Source: Octopus vulgaris (taxonomy: Eukaryota). Taken from it: a DNA stretch of 64,000 bases. The notes below the pieces were generated by a model. The model was not told the DNA's origin. It saw only the letters and a list, made by a program, of their open reading frames with translations, and searched no databases. Position 1 is the first letter of the stretch. Each line of letters starts with the position of its first letter. Of this stretch, positions 1 through 15,388 are shown one piece after another. The position numbers were made by a program, and so were the translations under genes. Location: contig OX597822.1 of NCBI GenBank assembly GCA_951406725.2, positions 28,396,001 to 28,460,000 of the forward strand, given 5' to 3'.

Positions 1-1107
1 TAACAATTATGTCTGGTCGATTAGCCTTGATCGTTCTGTCAGTGTTGACTGGAAAATCCCAGAGGATGGTGACATCTTTACCTTCAACAACTGGCTGAGG
101 ATGGTGTTCATACCAGTTAGCAGGAGTGTCGGATTTGTAGTGTTTACATATATTCCAATGTATATACTGTCCTACCATATCGTGGCGATTTTTGTATTCG
201 TTTGGTGTCAGCACAGGACATCCCGAAACGAGATGGTCTATCGTTTCGTCAAATGTGTCGCAGAATCTGCATTTAGGGTCAGTACCGTTTCGGAGAACGT
301 TAGCCTGGTAATTTCTGGTAAACAAGCTTTGATCTTGTGCTGCCATTATGAAACCTTCAGTCTCTGCTTTCAATCCAGAGCTCTTCAGCCACTGATGGGT
401 TGTTGCTTGGTCTACATCAGCATTTTGACTTCGGAGAATATATTGTCCATGCAGGGGCTTCTGGCTCCACCGCCTCTCAATTTGATTCTGCCCGTTCTTT
501 TTTGCAGTCTGCTTGATTCGCTTTGCTTGCTTGGTAGCAGTGGTTTCCGGCTCTTCATCTGATTCAAGGTTAATGTCTAGTTCCCTTTCGAACTTATAAG
601 CTTCCTTGACAATAGAATGCAGCTTTTTGTTGCTTTCGTGTTCGCACACAAGTCGCAGCATCCAGTCCTTTGTACTAGATAGGTACCTGTTCATTCCTAC
701 AGTAGAGGTCTTATAGCACAGCTCTAATTGCATCATTCCTCTCCCCCCGCTGCTTCTAGGTAGGTACAAGCGGTCTACATCTGCCTTAGGGTGGTGCATG
801 CTCTTGGGTGTCAGTAACTTTCTTGTCTTCCTGTCTAAGCGTTGGAGTTCCGTAAGGTTCCAGTTAATGATATTAAAACTGTACTGGACTACTGGAAGTG
901 CCAGGGTGTTAATGGCCTCAATGCAATTTTTGGAGTTGAGTTCAGTCTTCAGTACAAGCCTTATTCTCCTATAGTATTCCTTTCTTATTTTTTCCTTCAT
1001 AGTAGCATGATGTATACCATCTCCTTCGTTGATTCCTAGGTATTTGTAACTTTCCTGTGGGTCAAGTTCCTTGATGGTAGTGTCAATATCTAATTTAATA
1101 GAAGCTG
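1..1107 (-). mobile_element. R4/Dong-type non-LTR retrotransposon, 5'-truncated copy A (runs off window start)
   Basis: Minus-strand frame reads YKYLGINEG...HHPKADVDRLYLPR..GGRG...ETEGFIMAAQDQ...CRFCDTFDETIDHLVSGC (CCHC)...WDFPVNTDRTIKANRPDIIV (restriction-like endonuclease); 5' end abuts (TAA)n at 1108. Confidence 0.9.
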
Positions 1108-1126
1108 TTATTATTATTATTATTAA

Positions 1127-1202
<76 letters not shown>

Positions 1203-1524
1203 GAGTGTGAGAGCAGTACATGCCATCAAAGTGACACAGGGGTAAAATATACGAAGCCCAATATACCCATCATGACTACCCGTCTGATAAGGATACACCA
1301 GGCACATGCATCACAGCCATATGTGCGCGACATGGTGATCCCATATCAAGATAAACAGCACATGACCTCGCAGAATTTTCTTCTGGTCGAGAAACCCATC
1401 CCGCTCAAAAGGTCCCTGAATAAGGGTTGTTTAAGAATGTCGAACGAAACACCCATGTTTCCAGAGGTGAATTATTCAAACCCCAAAGAATCCCTCACAA
1501 CACATGGCTATGATATTCCCCCAC

Positions 1525-1582
<58 letters not shown>

Positions 1583-1669
1583 CCTCATCATCATCATTAT
1601 CATCAATATCATCATCATCGTCATCATCATCATCGTTATTATTACTATTATTATTACTATTACTATTAA

Positions 1670-1717
<48 letters not shown>

Positions 1718-1750
1718 TACTATTACTATTACTATTACTATTACTATTAT

Positions 1751-1789
<39 letters not shown>

Positions 1790-1814
1790 TACTATTAATA
1801 TTAATATTATTATA

Positions 1815-1873
<59 letters not shown>

Positions 1874-1941
1874 TACTATTAATATTAATAATATTATTAT
1901 TATCATTATCATTATTATCATTATTATTATTATAATTATTA

Positions 1942-2014
<73 letters not shown>
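1108..2014. repeat. Compound (TTA)n/(ATC)n microsatellite interrupted by a ~320 bp insert
   Basis: Directly visible trinucleotide arrays at 1108-1202 and 1525-2014. Confidence 0.95.
1203..1524. mobile_element. Non-coding ~320 bp element inside (TTA)n; candidate non-autonomous SINE-like element
   Basis: Complex sequence bounded sharply on both sides by pure (TTA)n; no credible protein similarity. Confidence 0.55.
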
Positions 2015-2015
<1 letters not shown>

Positions 2016-3328
2016 TCCGTAATACGCTGCTAACATAAACGCTTAAAGGTTTGTGTGTAACCGATATAGTTTATTTATCTTACGTTACTAAACCAGATCG
2101 TCTAACTACATTACGTCATCTCATCCTACCAGGCGCTAGGTTTTATTCATATATGTGTATGCGCACGTGTGTGTGTGTGCATATGTGCATGCGCACGACG
2201 TGTGTATATTTGTAAATATGTATGTGCATATACATACATGCATATATATATATATATGTATGTATGTATGCATATAAACAGGGAAAAACTAACTTCCTAC
2301 AAAGCGTCTTAGAAGACGCCGCTGCATCTTCCGCCTACTTAGCACTAACACTACGGAAACAACACTTACTCAATATTCTTCCTTGGCTTGTTGTGATTCA
2401 AGAATCTTCTGTCATGTAAGTACCAATTAAGAGAATGCGTTCCCTTTGTGTTGATCTTGTTGTCGCTGCTGTTCTTTCGGTGTGTCGACGTCAAAATTAT
2501 AGTTGTTAGTGTTGGTGTTCGTGTTGTTGTTGGTGGTGGTGCTATTGTGACTGTTAATGTTGTTTATTATCAACTACTGTCTAATGATGCTGATATTACA
2601 AGATCTAATGCATGGTCATCAAAGATATTGAATGGCATAAGTGAAAAGAAAGAACTAGGCCTATCCTGGAATGTAAACTGTGTTGCAGGTTAAATACTCC
2701 GAGAAGAGCTTGTATACCTACTTATCTTCCGTTTTTTAGTTTCTTCGCCTGATATTTAAAAGAATTCTTAATTTTCTCTGTAACATAAAATGAATATATA
2801 ATTTACTTTCATCGATACGCCTGTAATTGTAGTGTATAATTATAATGTGTGTATGTATACGCGTAGGTAGTGGGTAGTGATTTTCTTCACTACTTCAGGG
2901 AGTGACGACCCTGCCTGACACGAGTCCCGGACTCAGCTGGCTTTGGCTGACAGTGCCCGGTATGGGCCCCTATCTAGGGTCGGGCAAAGGAGACAACCTT
3001 CAAAGAAATCCGGATTGGAGCCCCGTAGGCGGTTTAGTGTTCGATTCGGTACTCTTCTGGCAGCTCCTGCAACCAAGCTGGTGCCAAAAGTAATGCTCTG
3101 CATTCCTTTGGACTACGTCAGCAAGGTTGAGAGAGGAATCCTGACGACTGGGCTACCCTGGATTTTCTTACATCTAGTCCAGGCCTGCGCAAAACTGGGA
3201 GGACATGAAATGTAAAAACCAGACTGGATTAGTTTATACGCGACTCCATTGTCTCCCGAGACAAAAGGATGTCAACAAATGTATACGCGTGCACATAGAT
3301 GTGATTGCGTATATGTATACGAGTATAC

Positions 3329-3385
<57 letters not shown>

Positions 3386-3658
3386 TGCATGTAAATATAT
3401 CTTTTCTCCTTTATCTATTTCAATTATTGCACTACGCCTGCAAGAATTTTAGACGAACAAATCGACCCCACTTATTTAATTATTTATGTGTTTGGTTATT
3501 TATTTATTTATTGAGGCATGATACTCATTCTATCGGTCTCCTCTGCTGAACCGCGAAATTACGGGAACGCAAACACACCAACACCGGTTGCGTTGCAGTG
3601 GTGGGGGACAAACTGACACGTAGACACACACGAACACACGTTTGTGGTGTGTGTGTGC

Positions 3659-3704
<46 letters not shown>

Positions 3705-3713
3705 TATATATAG

Positions 3714-4060
3714 TCGCAGGCGTGGCTGTGTGGTATGTAGCTTGATTGCCAATCACATGGTTCCGGGTTCAGTCCCACTGCGTAGCACCGGGCCGACAAA
3801 AGCTTTGTGAGTAGATATGGTAGACAGAAACTGAAAGAAGCCTGTGGTATATACATTTATATGTGTTTGTGTGTGTTTGTCCCCCCACCATCGGTTGACA
3901 ACCGCTGCTGGTATGTTTACGTCACCCGTAACTTAGCGGTTCGGTAAAAGGGTACGACAGAATAAGTACTAGGCTTTACAAGAAATAAGGCCTGGGGTCG
4001 ATTTGTTCGACTAAAGGCGATGCTCCAGCATGGCTGCAATCAAATGACTGAAACGAATAA
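3714..4060 (+). mobile_element. tRNA-type SINE, family 1
   Basis: Head GCAGGCGTGGCTGTGTGGTA...GGTTCAGTCCC (A/B-box like), central microsatellite, tail CAGCATGGC..AAATGACTGAAAC; homologous to copies at 19920, 21423, 52813, 53843, 58100, 58825. Confidence 0.8.
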
Positions 4061-5060
4061 AAAAAAGTGTACATATATATATATATATAAACTTAGATAT
4101 GTTTCGACCAAAGATTGGTCCAGGCCATGTCTAACTTAATAGCACCACCTGATAGGATTTATATGTATATATACACGATGGCCTTCTTTCTGTTTCCATG
4201 TAGCAAGTCTACTCACAAGGCTTTGGTCGACCCGAGACTAAAATCATATATGTACCTATATAGAATATAAGTATAACGTACAAGCAACTGGTATCGGGGC
4301 CGACTGACGTATATGTTTAAACATTGGCAAAACATGACGGTGGAACTAAATGTTACATAAGTTTAGATCACAAGCGGTCGATAATTGATCAGTTGAGTAA
4401 ATTTTATAACAGTTATGGTATATGCTTGTATCGTCTTGGAATAGTCCATATTATTGACAATAGATAGTAGGTAAAGCTGGTCTTTTAAAGATGAATCCAT
4501 TACTGTATTAGAAGAAAGGTGGAAGGGAGGAGGTTTGCAGGTAACCTCTTATACCTTGTTTCGCCCTGTTTCCTTCTCATCCAGCTTTGGATGGCCAGGC
4601 TTGTAGCATATCTTGTACCAGTAATTCGGATTAAACGTATAACACTTCGGGGAGTATACTAACATATATCACAACCATTATGAACATTCCTCAACCGATA
4701 TTTTAAAGACTTCTTGTATTCAGAACTCTTGTGATTTTCAATTCTCATATTTTTTCAATGTTTAAACATAAATTTCATAATCTGACCTGACTCCAACTGT
4801 TTGCCTATTTATACTTTCATTATACTATCCACGTTGCTGCTCAATGGAAACACTGCCGATAGCCTAGCTTCATTAGACTGCTATAACATCTCTGCTTGTT
4901 TGAGTTGGAGTTGAGACAGCAAGTCAACCTTGTATGTACCTATTATGTTACGTCATCGCACGTAACATTACTTGCATTCTATGTACATATATATATGTAT
5001 ATATGCATATGAACAAATGTATGTACGTGTTCATATATATTTCTATGAATATGCGTGCAC

Positions 5061-5118
<58 letters not shown>

Positions 5119-5355
5119 ATATAATATAATATAATATAATATAATATAATATAATATAATATAAACAGCAGTTTGCTTGTTTCCCCAAAAGGGAGAATTA
5201 TAGTTGTCACTGAATATGAGTGGGATATTGGGAAACACTTACATTGCAAGAAATAAGAGCTTAAGTGCTCAAATGCTGTAGTTAATGCACATGAATGAGA
5301 AGATATACACTAACAGGGACGATTATTTTCAAAAAAATGCACGTGGTCAAAAATT

Positions 5356-5405
5356 CTTAATACTGACATCAGTTTCGGCAATTTCCATTGCCTCATCAGT
5401 TAAGC
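5356..5405 (-). ncRNA. Minimal hammerhead ribozyme motif between ~110 bp direct repeats
   Basis: Minus strand CTGATGA-GGCAAT-ggaa-ATTGCC-GAAAC-tgat-GTC: full core and perfect 6 bp stem II; stem I imperfect. Flanking diverged direct repeats at ~5162-5270 and ~5518-5628. Confidence 0.6.
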
Positions 5406-5708
5406 CCGCTTGATTGTTCGGCTTTTTTCGGATAATCTCCGGTATTAGTATTTGTTTTCGTCATCCAAATTATTGGATGGTTTAGCAATTCGCTACCGTG
5501 TATATGTGAAATTAATATAAACTGCAGTTTGCAATGTTTTACCAAAAAGGAGAATTATAACTGCCGCTAAATGTGACTAAAATATTATGAAATACCTATA
5601 TTACTAGAACTAAAAGCTAAAGCGCTCTTGTTTATATAAACACATATATACACATACATATGTACATGTATATAAACATACACATGTAAACATGTATGTA
5701 TTTATATA

Positions 5709-5761
<53 letters not shown>

Positions 5762-5825
5762 ATATATGTATATAGATAGATTTATATTTATATATATGAA
5801 TGTGTACATGTATATATTATGTTAT

Positions 5826-5965
<140 letters not shown>

Positions 5966-5966
5966 G

Positions 5967-6004
<38 letters not shown>

Positions 6005-6624
6005 TAGATATAGATATATCAGAAATTATAAAATGGAAAATACGCACATTTATATAGTTTTAATATAATTTTTGATATATCGACCGGTTTCGCTATCGCT
6101 ATTCATGATATTATGTTTTACTTATTTGAATATATATTTTTCTTAAGAGGAAATTTTATCCATGTTGTGTGTGATGAAATCCACGAGTGAATGACTTCAC
6201 AAGTAGATAAATAAAGGGAGGTAATTGGTTGTCGTTATTATTGTTATTGTTGTGGGTAAGGGAGATAACTGTTCAGCTTTCGTTAATGGGTGGGGATTAT
6301 ATATGTGTACAGACAGAGACAAGTTTCAAAAACCTTGTTTAGTAGGGGATTTATGTACAGTGATGTAATCATGAATTGAAATATGTAAAAAGATAAAAGT
6401 TGGTTATGCGTGCATATTAAGATATGGTTTGTCTATTTCACAGTGCAAAGACGCAATCTCTCAACTAGAACGTTTAAATAAAGAAACTTTTTTCATTGAA
6501 AAATACAAAACACACTTTAATATGCACGCATAACCAACTTTTATCTTTTTACATATTTCAATTCACGATTACATCAAAATACATGCAAAGTATTAATAAG
6601 ACACTCAGTGAAGGAAAGAAAGGG

Positions 6625-6660
6625 TGTTTTAGGTTTCGAGCAAAGCTCTTCTTCAGAACC
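6625..6660 (-). ncRNA. Degenerate minimal hammerhead motif in a dispersed repeat
   Basis: Minus strand ggtt-CTGAAGA-a-GAGC-ttt-GCTC-GAAAC-cta-aaac; surrounding ~140 bp is homologous to 56880-57030. Confidence 0.45.
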
Positions 6661-6839
6661 AGGAGGCAGAGAAAAGTCCAAAAGAAAAGGGAGACGGAAG
6701 AAAAATAAATCGCCAACAATCCACACGTAGTTACATTTTGGTATGTCCAGAAGTAGATGGACAAAGAGAAAGCACTTTCTATGATAGGAGAGTGTAAAGA
6801 AAGGTGGTATCTGTGCGCACGTGCCGGTATGTGGACACG

Positions 6840-7340
6840 CGTCTATATGCGTAATAGCAAGTGCGTGTGTTTATATAGTAGCGTGTGTATGTACAGTGGT
6901 ATATGTGCGATACGTGTGTGCATATGTAAGGTAGCGTGTGTGTGTGGTAGTAACTGAGTACGTGTGTATGCGCGTGAAGGTAACTGTGTGTGAATGCGTG
7001 ATAGCAAGTGCGTGTGTGTGTATAGTGGTATGTGTGTGATACCGTGTGTGTATATATAAGGTAGCGTGTGTGTGTGTGTGTGTGGTAGTAACTGAGTGCG
7101 TGCGTGTGTGTGTGCGCGTCGTGGTAACTGTGTGTGTATGCGTCATAGCAAGTGCGTGTATTCATATAGTAGCGTGTGTATGTATAGCGGTATGCGTGTG
7201 ATACCGTGTGTGTATATATGAGGTAGCGTGTATATGTGTGGTAGTAACTGAGTGCGTGTGTATGGTAGTAACTGAGTGCGTGTGTGTGGTAGTAACTGAG
7301 TGCGTGTGTATGGTAGTAACTGAGTGCGTGTGTGTGTATG
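6840..7340. repeat. Degenerate GT-rich minisatellite
   Basis: Recurring GGTAGTAACTGAGTGCGTGTG and ATAGCAAGTGCGTGT blocks. Confidence 0.8.
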
Positions 7341-7909
7341 CGCGTGTGTATGTATGCGAGTGCAGTGAGTGTGGTATTAACTGTTTATGTGTGTATGTAT
7401 GTGATCTATGTGTGTGTTAATGTAAGAGGTCAGCAGCTAGGGTAACAGGTATGGTTGTTTTTGTGTAGTTCTGTGTTTTTTGCACACGTGCATAGAGGGG
7501 ATGGTCGGAGGTAGGGTGTTTGAGAGGCAGTCAGAAATGTGTATGAACGGGTGGGTGTAGATGTGAGTGTGTGCGTGTGTAAGTGTGTGTATGTGTGTCT
7601 ATGTATGTGTGCGTAGACGGAGTGGGAATGTGTGTATATGTGTGTGTGTGTAGACATGTGCATTGGTGCGTGTGTGTGTCCCACTCCCTGTGTCTCTCTG
7701 TCTTTCTCCCTCACTATTTCTGTATGTGTGTGTGTGCGCTTGCATGCGTGTGTGGGCATGTGTGTGTATGTGTGTGCAGTGAGTGCATGAGTGTTGAAGT
7801 GTATGTATGAGTGTACAAGCGTATGTATGTGTGCGTATGTGTGTACGTGTTCGTATGCGCATTTGGGGATGTGTGTGTTTATGTGCGTGTGAGTGATTGA
7901 GCGTGGAAG

Positions 7910-7941
<32 letters not shown>

Positions 7942-8463
7942 TGTGTATGTATGTGTGTGCATGTATGTACTGTGTGTTTTGTGTGTGATGTGCGTGCGAG
8001 TTCGTATGTGCATGTGCGTGGTTTTGGGGGCTGTGTGTGGAGGTATATGTCCGCTCCTCTGTGTGTGTGGGTGGGTGTGTGGGTGGGTGTGTTAGTGTGT
8101 GTATGTGTGTGTGCGTGTATGTGTGTGTGCGTGTATGTGTGCGTGTTCAGGATCTTTTCTATGTGGGTGCCAGCATCAATTCTGTTCGAACTGATTTCAT
8201 ATTCAATGTAGTGATACAGTTTTATATGCTAATTAATGACGTGAAAGTAATTACGCTATAACTCAATAAATAAAAAAAGTTATTAGTAATTAATGTTTGA
8301 AAATTTTGTTAATTTTAGCCAGTTACAGAAGCGTTCATGTCTGTTCGGATAGTAACAAGTGGAACATGAGAACACTTGTCTGTTGCAATAGTAACATATA
8401 TGCATATGTACATGTGTAGGCATTCCAATGTATATGTATGTATTCGTGCATGTGTATTTTAAG

Positions 8464-8508
<45 letters not shown>

Positions 8509-8862
8509 GCATACATGCATCATTATTTATAAATCTACAGACAAACCTAAATACCTCTATCAGTCACGAACTTTTCTGACATATCCATAAAACGTTTCAT
8601 CGCTAGAGACCGTTTACGTCAGACAGCTCATAAACCCCCAAGTACAAACATCAGTCTTTAACATTGATGGAATCTATTACGATGACACATCGCTCTCTTC
8701 TTTAATGTCATCAATATTGATAACGCTCGCTGTCAACAAAAGAAGACTAATTACTTTAGATTCTTGCATCTGTGCTTTCATTGAGAGGGAGAGATACGGT
8801 GGAGGACGTCCCATCATTGTTATGAGGCTGTACCACAACCACTACCAGCATTATCATTGCCT

Positions 8863-8917
<55 letters not shown>

Positions 8918-8933
8918 TATTATTAATAAAAAA

Positions 8934-8970
<37 letters not shown>

Positions 8971-8990
8971 CATTATTATTATTATTATTA

Positions 8991-9078
<88 letters not shown>

Positions 9079-9079
<1 letters not shown>

Positions 9080-9281
9080 GGCGAGCTGGGAGAATCGTTA
9101 GCACGCCGGGCAAAATGCTTAGCGGCATTTCGTCTGTCTTTACTCTCTGAGTTCAAGTTCGCCGAGGTCGACTTTGCCTATCATCTTTTCGGGGTCGATA
9201 AATTAAGTACTAGTGAAATACAGTAACTTGTCCTTCGATATTGCCTTCCATGGCTTGAACCCTTGTAGTCAATAAAAGAAA

Positions 9282-9283
<2 letters not shown>
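9079..9283 (+). mobile_element. tRNA-type SINE, family 2, embedded in (ATT)n
   Basis: GGCGAGCTGG.AGAATCGTTAGCACGCCGGG...GAGTTCAA...GCCGAGGTCGACTTTGCC...CGGGGTCGATAAA; homologues at 48490-49130, 56395-56560, 63895-64000. Confidence 0.8.
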
Positions 9284-9336
<53 letters not shown>

Positions 9337-9362
9337 CATCATCATCATTATTATTATTGTTA

Positions 9363-9399
<37 letters not shown>

Positions 9400-10099
9400 C
9401 ATTATTATTATTATTATTATTATCATCATCATCATCATCATTATTACGATTATTGGTATCTTTGTTTTGTGGCTATTGTTATCTATTATTAATAGTATTA
9501 ATAGGAAACTGTTTATTGCCAGGCCTTATTTTTATTATCATAATTACTATTGTTATTAATATTATTATTGTTGTTCTTGATTATTTTTTGCTTGCATTTA
9601 TTTATGTTCTTAATGACGGATGTATCTTTTTTGTTCTTTTTATTCTCCTTTTTTTTCCTTTTGTACGCCGGACATTATATATTAGCTAACATTATTAGAA
9701 GGAGAAGATCGCGCTGATGTAGGCTGTTTGCATTTAGTTTGATTACGTTATATGTTAGTAGGAGAGTTGCTATAAAGAGAGTCTGGGAAGTTGTACTTAA
9801 AGGGAGGAATGCGGGATATGTACAGCTATGTGATACTTATCAACATTTCACCTCAACTCTACTAACCATACCATACCAGGAGGGAATTTAAGTTGGCTCT
9901 TCGTAGTTTGATGAATACAGAAAATAGATAAAGAGGAGAGACACGTTGAATTTAAAATTTTAAAGAATATTCGTTTATTTGTTATAAGCCACGACAGCGA
10001 TAAAAGCGAAGCAGGTCAGTATCTAACATTTATCGTACATATCAGTCAATTACAGTCATACACATCTGAAAATATATAAGTATCACCCTACATACATAC

Positions 10100-10134
<35 letters not shown>

Positions 10135-10227
10135 TATATATATACACGAATATCCACTCATGCACATACACAGTCACACGCACATGCACATGCCTTTAAA
10201 TATATGTGTTCGTGTATATATATAAAC

Positions 10228-10267
<40 letters not shown>

Positions 10268-10270
10268 ATG

Positions 10271-10303
<33 letters not shown>

Positions 10304-10365
10304 ACATGAACATCCACTCATGCACATACACAGACGCATAATTTTATATGTGTGTGTGTGCGTGT

Positions 10366-10414
<49 letters not shown>

Positions 10415-10450
10415 CATATATACACATATACATATATGTATTTATGTATA

Positions 10451-10656
10451 TATGGTGGCCCAAAAGTAGGCTTACAGTTCAACTATATCTTTCGCATTCA
10501 TATATTAAGTTTAGATCTTAATTATAAACAAAATGAAACGATTATTCTATGCTAATTTGATTAATTATAAGATATAAATTTAAATGCAACAAAGCGTTTT
10601 GACAGAAATTTAGAGCGCGTACGTGATAACTGTAAACCTACTTTTGGGCCACCCTG
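10451..10656. mobile_element. Tc1/mariner-type MITE
   Basis: ~29 bp terminal inverted repeats (tatGGTGGCCCAAAAGTAGGcTTACAGTT ... AACTGTAAACCTACTTTTGGGCCACCCTG), TA on both sides, non-coding interior. Confidence 0.8.
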
Positions 10657-10886
10657 TATAAAAGTGAGTTTGGAGATATATATTATCCAGGCGGATACAG
10701 TATCTGCTCGCAGTTAAGTTCCAGTAAACGGCTAACCACTTCGATCGGTATTTAACGTTAGTGACTACGATTTGTTGCAAGTCATTCCTCGATTCTTCCG
10801 ATGAGTAATTCCGTGTATGGTCCATTGAACGGTAATAATTGGCTGGAGTATATATTATTATTATTATGATTATTATTATTATTATT

Positions 10887-13077
10887 TATACTTTTTTTTT
10901 TCTTCTTTCAAATTTTCTTCCATTTCTTGCCGAGTGTCTTCCCGACTCCTAGGGCAAAGAAACTCATAGTGTATATTGGTAGGCCATTAAACCAAACTCA
11001 GTAGTTCGTTCATTTTTTTTTTTTTTTTTTTTAAAGTTAAATTAAAATACATGAGCAGCAACAGTTCTCACATCGACAATGCTCTTCTCAATACGTGTGA
11101 TGTACCAGTTAAGACAATCTTTTGCACTTCTTGCAGGGATGGTAAGCCAGGGATCATTCTCATATAATTTTCGGTTCCCTTCTTGATCATTCCCAGTGCT
11201 CCTACGATCACTGGCACTGTAACCGCCTTGAGATGCCACATTTTCTCAATTTCAATGAGTAGGTCTTTATATTTTCTGAGCTTGTCAAACTCTTTCGCTG
11301 AGATATTATGATCACAGGGGATGCTCATGTCGATCAATAAGCAAACTTTATTGTTTTGGTCTTTCACAACAATATCTGGTTTATTGGCCTTGATGGTTCG
11401 GTCTGTATGTACTGGAAAGTCCCACAGAATGGTTACATTTTCTCCTTCAGTTACAGCCTCAGGGTGGTGATTATACCACTTGTCGGCAGTTTTGATATTG
11501 TAATGCCGACTTATTAGCCAGTGGAGATATTGGCCAACTCTGTCATGTCTTAATTTATACTCCACTGGTGCTAAGACTTTACATCCAGAGATTAGGTGGT
11601 CCACTGTTTCAATCATGTCGTTGCAGAATCGGCATTTTGGGTCTGCTCCATTTTTCATCACATTGGCCTGGTAGTTCCGGGTTAATAGGCTTTGGTCTTG
11701 AGCAGCCAGGATGAAACCTTCGCTCTCTGCTTTTAGCCCTGAGCTCCGCAGCCACTGATGGGTTTGCTTCTGGTCAACATCAGCTTGTTTGCTGCGGGTC
11801 ACATATTTGCCGTGCAGAGGTTTCTCCTCCCACCTATCAGCCAATTGCTCGTGCGCTTTTTTCATTGCCATCATTTTCACCTTCTTTGCAACAATAGTTG
11901 CCGTACTTCCCTCGGGTTGTTCAGTTTGGGTATCCTGCACGAGATCAATAGCAAATTTTTTGCTTTCCTTGGTGATAGAATGAAGCTTCTTTCGTCTCTC
12001 GTGATTTTCCACGAGCTTTAGCATCCAGTCATTCGATATTTCGAGATATTTGGCCAGTCCAATTGTGGTTGTTTTGTAAGCTAGTTCAAATTGGATCAGG
12101 CCTCGACCTCCTTGGGCTCTGGGAAGGTAAAGGCGATCTACGTCTGCCTTTGGGTGGTGCATACTATTACAACTCAGCAGCTTGCGTATTTTTCTATCTA
12201 TATTCTTTACTTCACTCATATTCCAGTTCAACACATTGTAGCTATAAGTAACAACTGGAACTGCTAAGGAATTTATAGCTAACACCTTGTTACGTGCATT
12301 TAGTTCAGATTTCAGGACTGCACGAACTCTCCTATAACATTCCTTCCTGATTTTCTCTTTCATGCTTGCATGCTGAATACCAGAGCCTTCATTTATCCCT
12401 AAATATTTGTATGTCTGTTCTTGCTCAAGCTCTCTTATGACTGTGTCAACATCTAACACGACTGAATTTGTGGTCTTCACTTTCCCTTTCTGGAAAGTGG
12501 CCTTGGCACACTTCTCAAGTCCAAACTCCATCCCGATCTCATCGCTGAATGCTTTCACGGTGCTCAATAGGCCTTCAAGTTCATTATTGTCTTTACCATA
12601 AAGTTTTAGGTCATCCATATAAAATAGATGGCTTATTTTTTTATTGGCAATTTTATACCCATACCCTGTTCTGTTTAATTCGCTTGTAAGGGGTATTAGG
12701 GCTATGAAGAATATTAAAGGTGAAAGTGAGTCACCTTGAAAAATTCCACAGTTGATGTTTATATTTTCTGAGGCAAGTACTCCATTAGAGTGGTATAATT
12801 GGAGATTCGTATTCCACAACGACATATTGTGCTTCAGGAAGTTTGAAATCACAGGGGAAATTTTAAAGATGTCCAGCGATCTCAAGATCCATGGATGCGG
12901 TATACTGTCGAAGGACTTTTTATAGTCAATCCATGCGGTGCTGAGATTTCTGCGCTTGTTGTGACAGTTCTCAAGGATCATACGATTGATTAGCAGTTGA
13001 TCTTTGCATCCGTAAGAGCCTCGGCGGCACCCTTTTTGTTCAATGGGGAAAATATCGTTCTTCTCCATGAATGCATA

Positions 13078-13078
<1 letters not shown>
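10887..13078 (-). mobile_element. R4/Dong-type retrotransposon, 5'-truncated copy B with uninterrupted RT-RLE frame (11068-13078)
   Basis: RT motifs AWIDYKKSFDSI, GIFQGDSLSPL, HLFYMDD, YKYLG; CCHC CRFC..ETVDHLISGC; endonuclease KPDIVV..LIDMSIP..KY; ~180 bp 3' UTR; (TAA)n at both ends. Confidence 0.95.

Positions 13079-15388
<2,310 letters not shown>

Noticed and set aside
101-562. 153 aa plus-strand ORF and similar ORFs at 11758-12601, 14762-15274, 16207-16650
   Set aside because: Antisense shadows of the retrotransposon reading frames.
1071-2036. Long poly-Ile/Asn/Leu ORFs
   Set aside because: Translations of (TTA)n microsatellite; no coding signal.
2860-3210. GC-richer blocks at 2860-3210 and 49450-49990 resembling LINE 5' regions
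   Set aside because: No protein motif or structure I could verify by eye; left unannotated.
6840-7340. Repeat-spacer look of the GGTAGTAACTGAGTGCG units (CRISPR-like)
   Set aside because: Spacers are GT microsatellite, not unique sequence; eukaryotic context, no cas genes.
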